Source: Candidatus Daviesbacteria bacterium (GTDB taxonomy: Bacteria; Patescibacteriota; Microgenomatia; Daviesbacterales; UBA10151). From it: a stretch of 64,000 bases of DNA. The translations under genes and the position numbers were made by a program. The stretch is taken from the NCBI GenBank assembly GCA_016184225.1, contig JACPDA010000004.1, positions 538,763-602,762 on the forward strand, given 5' to 3'. The notes beneath the pieces were generated by a model. The model did no database searches, had not been told where the DNA came from, and worked only from the letters and a program-made list of their open reading frames with translations. Below, one piece after another: positions 19,210 to 29,851 of the stretch (positions are counted from its first letter, which is position 1; every line of letters begins with the position of its first letter).

Positions 19210-19263
19210 TAAACTGCTCTCTATTAACAGAGCTTGATGAATCAAGTATAATCGGATCATATT

Positions 19264-19557
19264 ATGAATCTTACTTTGGATCAAGTTAAACATGTAGCAA
19301 AACTTGCTAATTTGCCGCTGACTCCGGAAGAGGAAGAGAAGTATTCGGAACAACTTTCCAAGGTTTTGGATTATATAGAACAATTGAACTCAGTTGATAT
19401 AACTAATGTCGAACCGACTTTTAATGTCACCGGGCAAGTTAATGTCATGCGGGAAGATACGACTGCAGGATGTTTTACCCAGGAAGAAGCCTTGTCAAAT
19501 GCTCCTAAAAAGAAAGATGGCATGTTTGAAACAAAAGGAGTGTTTGAGGATGAATGA
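19264..19557 (+). CDS. gatC: Asp/Glu-tRNA amidotransferase subunit C
   Basis: [17 protein letters not shown]; upstream of gatA. Confidence 0.93.
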   Translation: MNLTLDQVKHVAKLANLPLTPEEEEKYSEQLSKVLDYIEQLNSVDITNVEPTFNVTGQVNVMREDTTAGCFTQEEALSNAPKKKDGMFETKGVFEDE

Positions 19558-20989
19558 TATAACAACTTTAACTTTAACAGAGACAATTGAGGCTATAAAA
19601 CAAAAAAAATTCTCGGAAGAAGAGTTAAATAAAGCCTACTTAAAAAAAATAGCAATAATTAACCCGAAAATAAATTCTTTTTTAAAAATTCAAAAAAACT
19701 CCCGCGGTATTCCTGCGGCAATTAAAGATGCCATTTTAACCAAAGGAATAAAAACAACAGCGGGGTCAAAAATATTGAGTAATTTTGTCCCTCCTTATAA
19801 TGCCACGGTTATTGATAAATTATTAGAACAAAATATAAGTGTTATTGGTAAGACAAATTGTGACGAGTTTGCCATGGGGGGCTCAGGAGAAAATTCAGCA
19901 TTTAGACCAACCAAAAACCCTTGGGATCTAAATAAAGTTACAGGAGGTTCTTCCAGTGGTTCGGCTGCTGCAATTGCAGCAGATTTATCCGTATTTTCTC
20001 TTGGGTCAGATACCGGTGGATCTATCCGCCAGCCTGCATCTCTTTGCGGGGTAGTGGGTTTAAAGCCGACATATGGCCGGGTATCCAGGTATGGGCTGAT
20101 TCCTATGGCATCATCCTTGGATCAAATTGGACCGATTACCAAATCAGTTGAGGATGCGGCATTGGTGTTGGATTGGATTTCAGGGGCAGACAGCCTGGAT
20201 GCTAATTGCAAGGACGCAAAGTTTAGCTTTACACCTTCGAGGTGGGAGCCTAAACTTAATGGATTAAAAGTGGGGATACCTAAAGAATATTTCGGAGAAG
20301 GTCTGGATCCAAAAGTAAAGGCAGTTATAGAAGAAGCTATAAAAAAACTGGAAGAATTAGAGGCTGAGATAGTAGAAATTAGCTTGCCACACAGCCAGTA
20401 TGCACTGGCAGCTTACTATATTATTGTTCCTTCAGAAGTTTCATCCAATATGGGGAGGTTCGACGGAATAAGATTTGGTCTGGGAAGAGAGAACTTGGGC
20501 CAGGAAGTAAAAAGAAGGATTATGTTGGGGACTTTTGCCCTTTCTTCCGGTTATTATGATGACTATTATGCAAAAGCTGCTAAAGTTCGGACTTTGGTAA
20601 AACAGGATTTTGAAAAGGCTTTTGATCCGCTAGCTGGCGGAGTTGATGTGATAGTTGGCCCGGTCTCCCCCACCACAGCGTGGAATTTGGGAGAAAAAAT
20701 AGACGATCCGCTAAAGATGTATTTATCTGATATTTATACAATTTCTGCAAATTTAGCCGGAATTCCGGGAATATCTCTGCCTTGTGGGTTTTCTCCTTCG
20801 ACAAGCTCAGGACAAGCGAGGCTTCCGGTGGGCCTGCAAATTTTGGGGAAACAGTGGGATGAAGAAACGATTCTAAGAGTAGGTTTTGCATATGAACAGG
20901 CCACAAAATGGCATTTGCAAGAACCAGAATTAGTGTCTAGAGTCGAGAGTCAAGAGTCTAGGCAGAAAGGCAATAAGACTGGTTTCTAG
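19550..20989 (+). CDS. gatA: Asp/Glu-tRNA amidotransferase subunit A
   Basis: [33 protein letters not shown]; start moved to ATG 19550. Confidence 0.95.
   Translation: MNDITTLTLTETIEAIKQKKFSEEELNKAYLKKIAIINPKINSFLKIQKNSRGIPAAIKDAILTKGIKTTAGSKILSNFVPPYNATVIDKLLEQNISVIGKTNCDEFAMGGSGENSAFRPTKNPWDLNKVTGGSSSGSAAAIAADLSVFSLGSDTGGSIRQPASLCGVVGLKPTYGRVSRYGLIPMASSLDQIGPITKSVEDAALVLDWISGADSLDANCKDAKFSFTPSRWEPKLNGLKVGIPKEYFGEGLDPKVKAVIEEAIKKLEELEAEIVEISLPHSQYALAAYYIIVPSEVSSNMGRFDGIRFGLGRENLGQEVKRRIMLGTFALSSGYYDDYYAKAAKVRTLVKQDFEKAFDPLAGGVDVIVGPVSPTTAWNLGEKIDDPLKMYLSDIYTISANLAGIPGISLPCGFSPSTSSGQARLPVGLQILGKQWDEETILRVGFAYEQATKWHLQEPELVSRVESQESRQKGNKTGF
20218..20257. repeat. REP in frame in gatA
   Basis: 27 bp identical to 58373-58399; encodes KFSFTPSRW. 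Confidence 0.9.
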
Positions 20990-21016
20990 ATTCTAGACTC
21001 TAGCGACTAGTCACTT
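20931..21016. repeat. Inverted pair of (N)AGAGTC heptamer arrays at the gatA end
   Basis: tagtgtc tagagtc gagagtc aagagtc ... ttctaga ttctaga ctctagc gactag. Confidence 0.8.
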
Positions 21017-21021
21017 ATTTT

Positions 21022-22347
21022 ATGAATTACGAACCCGTTATAGGTTTAGAAGTTCATGTAGAGCTTAATACCAAATCCAAAATGTTCTGCAGGTGCTCTG
21101 CTGATTATTTTGGCAAGGAGCCGAATACCCACACCTGCCCGGTTTGTTTAGGTTTACCCGGCGCTTTGCCTTATATCAATAAAGCGGCAATTGAAGATTG
21201 TATAAAAATCGGTCTGGCCTTAAATTGCACGGTCAGTGAGCGATCTTCATTTGAAAGGAAAAATTACTTTTATCCTGATCTGCCTAAAGGCTACCAAATT
21301 TCCCAATACAGATGGCCGCTTTGTGTAGGAGGTAGGTTACAGGTGACAGGTGACAGGGGACAGGATGTCACAATCAGAATCAATAGGGCCCATCAAGAGG
21401 AGGATACCGGAAAATTAACTCACTCGGAAGGGGTAACCCTAATCGATTTTAACAGAAGCGGAGTACCACTGGTAGAGATTGTTACCGAGCCTGATTTTAC
21501 AGACACTGCTCAGGTCAGGGATTATGCCAAAAAACTGCAGCAGCTGTTTAGATATTTAGGGGTATCCAATGCTGATATGGAGCGGGGCGACATGAGACTG
21601 GAAGCCAATGTGTCTGTTAGGCCGGTTGGCCAGAAAGAACTGCCAAATTACAGAGTGGAATTAAAAAATATTAACAGTTTTAGGTTCATGGTAGCAGCAA
21701 TTGAGCATGAAATTAAACGGCAAATTGCCGCACTGGAGAAAGGTGAAAAGCTTTCTCAGGAAACCAGGGGTTGGAATGAGGACAAAAAGTCTACATTCCT
21801 GCAAAGAAGCAAAGAAGAGGCCCATGATTACCGCTATTTCCCCGAACCGGATTTACCGGAGCTGAAAGTGGACAGGTTACAGGTTACAGTGGACAGTATT
21901 AAAAAGAGTATGCCGGAGTTGCCGTGGGATAAGAGTAAGAGGTTTGTGGAAGAGTTGAAATTAACGGAAGCGCAAGCAAAGATGCTTTCCGAAACAAAAG
22001 AATTGGCTAACTTTTTTGAAGAGGCAGTAAAAGCAGGAAACCAGCAGGAAGTAAATGCTATTACTGTCGCAAATTACATTATTAACCAGAAAGTAGACAT
22101 TAAAACCGTTAAGCCTTCAGAGGTGATAGAAAAAATAAAGAGCAAAAGTGCAGGGTTAATTAGTGATGCAAGGGAATTGGAAAAGTTAGCCCAGGAGGCA
22201 ATAGAGGAAAATCCCCAGATGGTAGAAGCGTATAAAAAAGGCAAGGTGACAGTGATTCAAGCCATGATAGGTTCAGTTATGAAAAAGACCGGCGGTAAGG
22301 TTAACCCTAATAAAATCAGAGAAATTCTGGAAGAAAAACTGCGTTAA
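21022..22347 (+). CDS. gatB: Asp/Glu-tRNA amidotransferase subunit B
   Basis: IGLEVHVEL, RKNYFYPDLPKGYQISQ, DYRYFPEPDL. Confidence 0.96.
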   Translation: MNYEPVIGLEVHVELNTKSKMFCRCSADYFGKEPNTHTCPVCLGLPGALPYINKAAIEDCIKIGLALNCTVSERSSFERKNYFYPDLPKGYQISQYRWPLCVGGRLQVTGDRGQDVTIRINRAHQEEDTGKLTHSEGVTLIDFNRSGVPLVEIVTEPDFTDTAQVRDYAKKLQQLFRYLGVSNADMERGDMRLEANVSVRPVGQKELPNYRVELKNINSFRFMVAAIEHEIKRQIAALEKGEKLSQETRGWNEDKKSTFLQRSKEEAHDYRYFPEPDLPELKVDRLQVTVDSIKKSMPELPWDKSKRFVEELKLTEAQAKMLSETKELANFFEEAVKAGNQQEVNAITVANYIINQKVDIKTVKPSEVIEKIKSKSAGLISDARELEKLAQEAIEENPQMVEAYKKGKVTVIQAMIGSVMKKTGGKVNPNKIREILEEKLR

Positions 22348-22453
22348 TATAGATTGCCACTTGAAATAGGAACCCTTGGTGCTGGTAAAATACGGAAGCT
22401 TTCAGTCGTCTTCCCCTTCGGGGGTCCACAGTCGTCAGATAATTACAAAAAAT

Positions 22454-22479
22454 CTGATAGCTGATAGCTGATAGCTGAT
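22454..22479. repeat. Heptamer tandem repeat (CTGATAG)x3.7 before dnaE
   Basis: ctgatag ctgatag ctgatag ctgat. Confidence 0.85.
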
Positions 22480-25400
22480 GACTACTATGGCTAGATTTGT
22501 TCATCTTCATGGTCACACACAATATTCCCTCTTAGACGGGTTATCAAAAATTAACCAATTGGTAAAAGATACAGAAGCACTCGGTATGGATGCGCTGGCT
22601 ATAACAGACCACGGGGTGATGTATGGGGCAATTGAGTTTTACAAAGCTTGTATGGAGACCGGTGTAAAACCGATTGTTGGGGTAGAGATGTATGTCGCCA
22701 AAAGGTCATACAAGGATAAAGAGGGAAAAGTTGACAGCGAACCATTTCATTTGACTGTTTTGGCAAAAAATTACCAAGGCTACCTGAATTTAATGAAGCT
22801 GGTAACCCTGGCGCACACTGAAGGATACTATTACAGACCCCGGGTGGATAAAACTTTACTTAAGGAGTTCCATGAAGGGCTAATTGCCCTTTCCGGTTGC
22901 CCTTCAGGCGAGTTTATCAGGGCTTTAATGAAGGATGAAAAAAAGGGAGAGGAGGTTTTGAAAACATATCTGGAGATTTTTGGAGAAGGTAATTTTTACC
23001 TGGAAGTCCAAAAGCACCCGTATCAGGAATCTCTGGACTTATCTTCCGATGAAATGGTAAAAAAAGACCTGGAAGAGCTTTTAGACATCCAAGAAAAAAC
23101 ACTAAATTGCACCAAAGTTCTCTCTCAAAAAATAGGCATACCGGTTGTGGCAACCAATGACTACCACTATGTTAAAAAAGAAGATGCGGAAGCACAGGAT
23201 GCACTTTTGTGTATTCAAACAGGCAAGTTTTTGTCAGAAACCCAAAGGCTTAGGATGATCGATACTCCTGATTATTTCCTAAAATCCCCGGAGGAGATGG
23301 CGGAAAGCTTTAGGGACCTGCCGGAAGCTTTAGAAAACACTGTGAAGATTGCCGAAAGGATAGATTTGGAAATCCCACTTGGCGTAGCCCGTTTCCCTGT
23401 TTTTGAAACACCCGGTAGCAAATCTTCGATGGATTTTTTAAGGGAGTTAACGTACCAAAAAGCTGCCGAGAAATTTAAAATGACGGTTAAAATTAAGGAG
23501 CGTTTGGAATATGAGCTCGGGGTGATAGAGAAGAAAAAATATGCCGATTATTTTTTGGTAGTGGCGGATTTTATGGAATGGGCCCACCAGCGGGGAATTA
23601 TAACTAATACCCGGGGTTCTGCTGCAGCATCAATGGTTTTGTACTCTCTGGGGGTAACTAATCTAAACCCGCTTGATTACCTTTTGCCCTTCGAGCGGTT
23701 TTTAACAATATACAGGCCAACATTGCCTGATATTGATGTGGATATTGCAGACGACAGGAGGGATGAGGTGATTGAATATGTAACAAAAAGGTATGGGGAA
23801 GAAAGAGTAGCCCAAATTGTAACTTTTGGAACAATGATGGGCAGGGCTGCCATCCGGGATGTAGGCAGGGTTTTAGGATTATCTTACGGGGAAGTGGACA
23901 GGATTGCCAAATTAGTTCCTCCCCCTCATCAGGGATTTCATAAGCCGCTGTCCGGGACAATAAAAGAAGTGCCGGAACTCTCTGATCTTTATAGGAGTAA
24001 CCCTCAAATAAAAAAGCTGTTGGATTTGGCGGTTAGAATTGAAGGAACAGCCCGTCATGCCTCTGTCCATGCTGCGGGATTAGTGATTGCTCCGGAAGAG
24101 ATAACTAATTTTACCCCTCTTCAAAAAGAGTCCAAGGGGGATAAATTGGTTTCCCAGTACGACATGTTTTCTCTGGTTGATGAATACGGCGGAATTGGTT
24201 TGGTAAAGATGGATCTTTTGGGGATCAGGAATTTATCTATTTTAGGTAAGGCAGTTGAGTTTGTTAAAGAAAACCGGGGCATTAGCGTTGATTTAAATAA
24301 AATCCCGCTTGATCATAAAAAGGCCTTTGAGCTTTTGGCAAAGGGTGAAACAATGGGGATATTTCAACTTGAGGGATCGGGTATGACAAGATATGTGACA
24401 GAACTGCAGCCGACTAATATTTTAGATATTCAGGCTATGGTGGCCTTATACCGGCCCGGCCCCATGAGCGTAATCCCCGAATATATTGCCCGAAAACACG
24501 ACCCCCGCAAGATTAAATTTTTTGACCCCCGGATGAAAGAATATATGGAACAATCATTAGGTCTTTTAGTTTATCAGGAGGATGTGCTTTTGACTGCCAT
24601 AAATATAGCCGGATATTCCTTCGAAGAGGCAGATAAATTTAGGAAGGCCATGGGAAAGAAAATTCCCTCTGAAATGGCCAGGCAGAAGGGAAAGTTTATT
24701 GAAGGATGTATAAGCAATGGGATGAGAAGAGCAAAGGCAGAGGAGTTGTTTGCCATTATTGCTCCTTTTGCGGCGTATGGCTTTAACAAAGCGCATGCTG
24801 CCAGTTATGCCATGGTTTCCTACCAGACAGCGTATATGAAAGCCAGCTTTCCGGTGGAGTTTATGGCTGCCGTGATGACAGCTGAGTCCGGGGACAGCGA
24901 TAAGATTGCGGCTGCCATCGAAGAGTGTAAAAGATTGGGGATAGTGGTTTTGCCTCCGGATGTTAATAAATCCGGGGTTGGTTTCTCGCTGGAGAAGCTT
25001 AAGGAGCTGACTCAGGCAGATTTGGAACGCAGCCTGTCTGTAGGAGAAAGCGAGGTTAAGCAAGGTATTAGGTTCGGGTTATCTGCTATTAAAAATGTGG
25101 GAATTTCTGCCATTGAGTCTATTATTGAAGCCAGAAAAAAAAGTGAGTTTATTTCTTTACCTGATTTGTGCTCCCGGGTTGATAATAGATTGGTTAACAG
25201 GAAGACTTTGGAAAGTTTAATCAAAGCCGGGGCGCTGGATCACCTGGGTACCCGGGCCGCCCAACTTTTAATCCTGGATCAGTGTTTGGAAGAGTCCCAT
25301 AAACAGAATAAAAATAAGCTGTCCGGGCAGGTATCTTTATTTGGCAGCGAAGATGACTTAGGGGATGTAGCTATAAAACTGCCTGATGTTTCAGAATTAC

Positions 25401-26032
25401 CTTTAGAACAGCTGTTGGTTTTTGAAAAGGATTTACTGGGATTTTACTTGCATGAACCACCCTATCTGGCTTCTTTGCAACAGTTAACAAAATTTGTTTC
25501 AAATAAGCTGTCTGATTTAGGGGATGAGCATATAGGCAAGACTTTAAAATTAGGCGGTGTGATAGTTTCCGTTAAGAAGGTGATTACCAAAAAGAGTGCA
25601 AAAGAGATGGCCTTTATTAAAATCTCCGACGGTGTCTCTTCTGTCGAAGTGGTGGTATTCCCCAAAACTTATGAAGAATGTAAAAACTTCCTGACTTCGG
25701 ATCAGGTGGTTTTTATCTTTGGGCGGGTGGAGAAACGGGAAGAAGAGTTGTCTTTGATTGTGGAAAAAATCAGTTTATTTGACCCCGATTCAATCGGGGT
25801 TGATCCTAAAAATGTGGAAATTACCATTCCTTTAGGAACAGATGTAACAGTACTGCAAAATATAAACAGAACTTTACGGGGATTTCCCGGTAAGGTGCCA
25901 GTGGCATTGCTTTTGCATGGCAGTAATGGCAGTGTCAGAAGAATGGATTTACCGTTTTCCATAGACCCTGATCTTTCTTTGGAAGAAAAGATTAAAGGGA
26001 TTTTAGGCGAAGGTGCTTTCAAACTGGTCTAA
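22478..26032 (+). CDS. dnaE: DNA polymerase III alpha subunit
   Basis: [31 protein letters not shown]. Confidence 0.97.
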   Translation: MTTMARFVHLHGHTQYSLLDGLSKINQLVKDTEALGMDALAITDHGVMYGAIEFYKACMETGVKPIVGVEMYVAKRSYKDKEGKVDSEPFHLTVLAKNYQGYLNLMKLVTLAHTEGYYYRPRVDKTLLKEFHEGLIALSGCPSGEFIRALMKDEKKGEEVLKTYLEIFGEGNFYLEVQKHPYQESLDLSSDEMVKKDLEELLDIQEKTLNCTKVLSQKIGIPVVATNDYHYVKKEDAEAQDALLCIQTGKFLSETQRLRMIDTPDYFLKSPEEMAESFRDLPEALENTVKIAERIDLEIPLGVARFPVFETPGSKSSMDFLRELTYQKAAEKFKMTVKIKERLEYELGVIEKKKYADYFLVVADFMEWAHQRGIITNTRGSAAASMVLYSLGVTNLNPLDYLLPFERFLTIYRPTLPDIDVDIADDRRDEVIEYVTKRYGEERVAQIVTFGTMMGRAAIRDVGRVLGLSYGEVDRIAKLVPPPHQGFHKPLSGTIKEVPELSDLYRSNPQIKKLLDLAVRIEGTARHASVHAAGLVIAPEEITNFTPLQKESKGDKLVSQYDMFSLVDEYGGIGLVKMDLLGIRNLSILGKAVEFVKENRGISVDLNKIPLDHKKAFELLAKGETMGIFQLEGSGMTRYVTELQPTNILDIQAMVALYRPGPMSVIPEYIARKHDPRKIKFFDPRMKEYMEQSLGLLVYQEDVLLTAINIAGYSFEEADKFRKAMGKKIPSEMARQKGKFIEGCISNGMRRAKAEELFAIIAPFAAYGFNKAHAASYAMVSYQTAYMKASFPVEFMAAVMTAESGDSDKIAAAIEECKRLGIVVLPPDVNKSGVGFSLEKLKELTQADLERSLSVGESEVKQGIRFGLSAIKNVGISAIESIIEARKKSEFISLPDLCSRVDNRLVNRKTLESLIKAGALDHLGTRAAQLLILDQCLEESHKQNKNKLSGQVSLFGSEDDLGDVAIKLPDVSELPLEQLLVFEKDLLGFYLHEPPYLASLQQLTKFVSNKLSDLGDEHIGKTLKLGGVIVSVKKVITKKSAKEMAFIKISDGVSSVEVVVFPKTYEECKNFLTSDQVVFIFGRVEKREEELSLIVEKISLFDPDSIGVDPKNVEITIPLGTDVTVLQNINRTLRGFPGKVPVALLLHGSNGSVRRMDLPFSIDPDLSLEEKIKGILGEGAFKLV
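25779..25803. repeat. 17-bp palindrome with 4-bp duplication in dnaE
   Basis: ttga-ccccgattcaatcgggg-ttga. Confidence 0.9.
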
Positions 26033-26052
26033 ATTGTGTTAATATTTCATTC

Positions 26053-26367
26053 ATGATTTCGGCACAAATTGGTGAGCAAAATTTACATATCGGGGATACT
26101 GTTAGAGTCCACAGTAAGGTTGTGGAAGGAGAGAAGACCCGGGCCCAGGTTTTTGAGGGAATTTTAATCAGCCTGCGGGGTAGAGGTGAGAATAAGACTT
26201 TTACTGTCCGTAAAATCGGTGCAGGAGGGATTGGGGTGGAGAGAACCTGGCTTTTAAATTCTAATTCTATTATTAAAATTGAGGTCAAAAAAAAAGCCGG
26301 CAAAGTGAGAAGGGCCAAGCTTTATTATTTAAGGGATCTGACCGGTAAGAGCGCAGTAAGGGTTTAA
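26053..26367 (+). CDS. rplS: 50S ribosomal protein L19
   Basis: GDTVRV, FTVRK...[14 protein letters not shown]. Confidence 0.96.
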   Translation: MISAQIGEQNLHIGDTVRVHSKVVEGEKTRAQVFEGILISLRGRGENKTFTVRKIGAGGIGVERTWLLNSNSIIKIEVKKKAGKVRRAKLYYLRDLTGKSAVRV

Positions 26368-26376
26368 TAACTCAGG

Positions 26377-26736
26377 GTGACAAAAATACAAGCCGGAAAT
26401 TATGGCGAGAAAATCGCCTATAAGTATCTACAAAAGCTGGGCTATAAAATTCTGGAGAGGAATTACCGGATTCGGGGTGGGGAGATAGATATAGTGGCAA
26501 AAGATGGGGAGACGTTAGTTTTTGCGGAAGTAAAAACCAGATGGTCTCATGAATATGGCTTGCCTGCCGAATCCATGACCCCTTGGAAAATTAAGTATCT
26601 TCTAAAAACTGCTATGTTTTATGTCCAAAAAATCAACTGGGGTGATAGAGAATACAGGTTGGATTTTGTATCGGTAGATTTTGCAGACAGTAGAGAAAAT
26701 CCGAAAATAGAATTAGTTAAGAATATTACTTCTTAG
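26377..26736 (+). CDS. YraN family (UPF0102) nuclease-like protein
   Basis: GE..A..YL...GY.ILERN, GEIDIVA, FAEVKTR. Confidence 0.92.
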   Translation: MTKIQAGNYGEKIAYKYLQKLGYKILERNYRIRGGEIDIVAKDGETLVFAEVKTRWSHEYGLPAESMTPWKIKYLLKTAMFYVQKINWGDREYRLDFVSVDFADSRENPKIELVKNITS

Positions 26737-27583
26737 GTTTAGTCACAGCAAAGGGGATTTCTTCCCAGTCTTTTACTTTCCTGATTTTTTTATTAATCGA
26801 CCAGGCTGCTTCCAAAAGCCTGGGATCTAATTTTAACTGCCTGGCCCGGCCAATCAGTGCTACTACATCTTTGGGGAAGCATTTCCCGCCAAAGCCCTTG
26901 GCTGTGGTGACATCTAAGTGTGAATCAAAAATCCGATGATCTGCCACCACCATGCTTTTAACTTCCTCATATTTGATACCTAAAGCCTGACATAGGACAA
27001 ACATTTCATTGGCAAAAATAACTTTGGTGGCTAAAAATGCATTAGCCATGTATTTGACCATCTCGGCTGTGGTGGTATCGGTTTGGAAAATTTTAGTATG
27101 GGGAAATCTTTGCCGGTACAGTGCTACCACTCTTCTGGAAGTCAAATCATTATTCGCCCCCACTATATTACGGTCTGCATTTAAGAAATCCTCCAAATAG
27201 TTTGCCTCTGTTAAAAATTCCGGATTAAAGGCAAAATTAGTCTTGGGGTATTTTTTTTCAAATTCCGCAGTTGTCCCCGGTACCACAGTGGATTTGATAA
27301 CGATAATCTTGTCGGTATTATCCGTATATTTGGTAATCTCTGTAATACTCTCTCCAATTATGGAAAGGTCAATTCCCGACTCATCCTCTTTCATGGGGGT
27401 AGGCAGGCAGATAAAGATGAATTCGCTGCCGGAAACTACTGATTCCAAGCTGTCAGTGTCTTTGTATTTATCATAGTAGCGGATTTCGTATTTATCTTTT
27501 ATTTCCGGCTGGGAAAATCCGTAAGCCACGGCCTGGCCGACTATGCCGTAACCGATGATGCCGAGTTTAGGTTGATTATTCAT
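26726..27583 (-). CDS. UDP-glucose/GDP-mannose dehydrogenase family, short form
   Basis: GYGIVG, CLPTP, KSTVVPGT, NPEFL, GFGGKCFPKD; start moved to ATG 27583. Confidence 0.9.
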   Translation of the reverse strand: MNNQPKLGIIGYGIVGQAVAYGFSQPEIKDKYEIRYYDKYKDTDSLESVVSGSEFIFICLPTPMKEDESGIDLSIIGESITEITKYTDNTDKIIVIKSTVVPGTTAEFEKKYPKTNFAFNPEFLTEANYLEDFLNADRNIVGANNDLTSRRVVALYRQRFPHTKIFQTDTTTAEMVKYMANAFLATKVIFANEMFVLCQALGIKYEEVKSMVVADHRIFDSHLDVTTAKGFGGKCFPKDVVALIGRARQLKLDPRLLEAAWSINKKIRKVKDWEEIPFAVTKPKK

Positions 27584-27614
27584 GCAGAAAAAGTATAGCA
27601 TAAAAGAGTAAAGC

Positions 27615-28019
27615 ATGGGTATGATTAGAAAAATGGCTTTGGCAGTATTTAAAGACAGAAAACTCTTACAAGTTAGGACTAAGAAGGAAAAAGACGTTTT
27701 CTATACCTTGGGAGGGAAAATTGAAGAGGGAGAATCTGAGATAGAGTGTTTAAAAAGAGAAGTTAAAGAAGAAATAGGTTGCCAGATCGACGAGTCTTCG
27801 CTTAAGTTCCTGACTGAGTTTGAGGATGTAGCTCATGGCAAAGGGGGGCTACTGGTAAATATCAGGATGTACGAAGGCAAGCTGATCGGTGTGCCCAGGC
27901 CCTCTTCAGAGATAGTGGAAATTGGCTGGTTTGATACCGGATCAGATAAAAAGAACCTGTCGGTAATAGCCCTGCGGACAATTTTCCCCTGGTTAAAAAA
28001 GCATGGGTATATAAATTAG
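27615..28019 (+). CDS. NUDIX hydrolase
   Basis: GGKIEEGESEIECLKREVKEEIG Nudix box. Confidence 0.92.
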   Translation: MGMIRKMALAVFKDRKLLQVRTKKEKDVFYTLGGKIEEGESEIECLKREVKEEIGCQIDESSLKFLTEFEDVAHGKGGLLVNIRMYEGKLIGVPRPSSEIVEIGWFDTGSDKKNLSVIALRTIFPWLKKHGYIN

Positions 28020-28202
28020 TGGACTAGCTTGACACCTACCGTCCTTGAGTAAGTAGTTTGATTCCAGTATAATCTTTAAGTCTGGCGCCGAGTCAAATTC
28101 GGCTGGCAAGTTTAACTTGCCGCGATCGTTCCCGATGATCGTTGTCATCGAGGATCCTGATAGCGAAGCGTATCGGGGATTGAAAAGTTAATAATTAAAT
28201 CT

Positions 28203-28276
28203 GACGCCATCGTCTAGTGGCCTAGGACACAGGGTTTTCATCCCTGGAATCGCGGGTTCGACTCCCGCTGGCGTCA
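28203..28276 (+). tRNA. tRNA-Glu(TTC)
   Basis: Acceptor gacgcca/tggcgtc, anticodon arm caggg-ttttcat-ccctg, T arm gcggg-ttcgact-cccgc. Confidence 0.92.
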
Positions 28277-28344
28277 CAAGTAGTGGCCGCGGTACCAATC
28301 GACCTATAGTTGACTTAGCTCCGCTATTCCTCTATACTTTTGCT

Positions 28345-28992
28345 ATGGGAAGAACAAGTCCAGAAAATAAAGATCGGTCACCATTTAAAACTGAAGGCCC
28401 GGATTTAATCTTTGTTGATCCAGGTTTGAATTTACCTGAAGGAATGACAACAGCAGATATTAGAGATGCTCTAAATCAAGCTAGAGCTTTTGAGAGGCAA
28501 ACAATCAGCTATGATGTTTTTATCAGAGAAAAATTAGAGAGAAATGGATTACCTAAGGGAGGGGGTTCATGGGGTTCAAGCGGGTTTGGGTTTATAGAAT
28601 TATCAGTAGATTCAGTCAGAATGAAGGCTTCAGATCTCTCGATTCCACCAGGTTATACTCCTGCACCAGCTTCTCAGCAAATGTGGGCAGCAGCTTTTGA
28701 AGAAGCACTTCATGCTGCCAGACAGGTTGCCGGGAAAGATCATGGTGGTTATTTTACTCTTCCAGTAAATCCTACAGAAAAGGATTGGCAGAGATACTTA
28801 TCACAGAAACAGGAAGCTGTTGTGGATAAAGCATTAAATGGAGGAATGCTGGAGGCAAAGTTTGGTAGGGGTGTAATTTACTTGGGGAAAAGAGTTTTAT
28901 ACATAGTTCCTGTTTTAGATCATACAATTGAAAAAAATAAGAAATTTTATCCCTCCAGCAGAGATATTTTGTATAATTTACCTTGTGGTTGA
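28345..28992 (+). CDS. Hypothetical protein
   Basis: 215-aa ORF; TATACT 6 nt before ATG; EEALH segment resembles a degenerate HExxH. Confidence 0.6.
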   Translation: MGRTSPENKDRSPFKTEGPDLIFVDPGLNLPEGMTTADIRDALNQARAFERQTISYDVFIREKLERNGLPKGGGSWGSSGFGFIELSVDSVRMKASDLSIPPGYTPAPASQQMWAAAFEEALHAARQVAGKDHGGYFTLPVNPTEKDWQRYLSQKQEAVVDKALNGGMLEAKFGRGVIYLGKRVLYIVPVLDHTIEKNKKFYPSSRDILYNLPCG

Positions 28993-29851
28993 AGCATTTG
29001 AGAACACAAAAGCCTTCATAAAAGCCGCTCTGGCGGACAGGGCTCACCTGAAAAAACCTGGATATGTTAACGAGTATCGTTGGGTTCGGGCAAAAAATAT
29101 ACTGGGAATTTATTATTTTACCCCTACAGCCACTACCGGGGATTTAGCAAGGATGTATGGTTTTGCAAATCGGGAAAGACCGAGCCAAATTATCGAAAAT
29201 TGCTTAAAACATCTCTATTCTAATTGTTCAATTGAGACTCAGCAAGCTTATGAGTTAAGCCAGCTATACAACAAAAAGCCTTATACTTTAGAACAGTCTT
29301 TGAAAATGTCAAGGATCCTTGGAGGGGCAACTGCTGGCATAGTCTCTTTGGCTAGCCAGGGTAAAACCGCTGAGCAGATCCTTCAGGCTGGATACACAGC
29401 TCGTGAGCTGGGAAGGGCGCGCCGGTGCGCCGCCCGCTGGGGAAATAAGAGGCTTCCTTATATCAGACCGGGTTGTGTTGAAAACACTCAGTTGTTTGAA
29501 GCCTTGCAAAAAGAAGAAGACCCTGAAGAAATTAAGAAGCTGCTTGCCCGGGTGAATGCGTCCTTTTATAATTTGCATAGCAGAGGAGAGGTTCCCTTGC
29601 TTCTATCAGCGAAAAACATTTTCTTGCGAGCAGGTATTCCCAACAACTACAATAGAAGAGGTATTTATCCCCCAGGACTTATTAAACTTCTGGAAGAAAC
29701 AGATGAGCCGATACCTTTTGGATCCTTAATCAAAACTGTTAAATCAGGTCCACAAAAAGGTCCACAGGTCTATTATTTTACATTAACAAGATTTCAGGAA
29801 CCAGCTATTCGTTTGCTTAAGGCATCAGTCCTGAAGCCTAGGATAGAATAG
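28928..29851 (+). CDS. Hypothetical protein; start uncertain
   Basis: 307-aa ORF with no family recognised. Confidence 0.55.
   Translation: MKKIRNFIPPAEIFCIIYLVVEAFENTKAFIKAALADRAHLKKPGYVNEYRWVRAKNILGIYYFTPTATTGDLARMYGFANRERPSQIIENCLKHLYSNCSIETQQAYELSQLYNKKPYTLEQSLKMSRILGGATAGIVSLASQGKTAEQILQAGYTARELGRARRCAARWGNKRLPYIRPGCVENTQLFEALQKEEDPEEIKKLLARVNASFYNLHSRGEVPLLLSAKNIFLRAGIPNNYNRRGIYPPGLIKLLEETDEPIPFGSLIKTVKSGPQKGPQVYYFTLTRFQEPAIRLLKASVLKPRIE

Noticed and set aside
22478-26032. Intein in DnaE
   Set aside because: Length is ordinary and no splicing motifs are seen; only the 7-aa palindrome insert.
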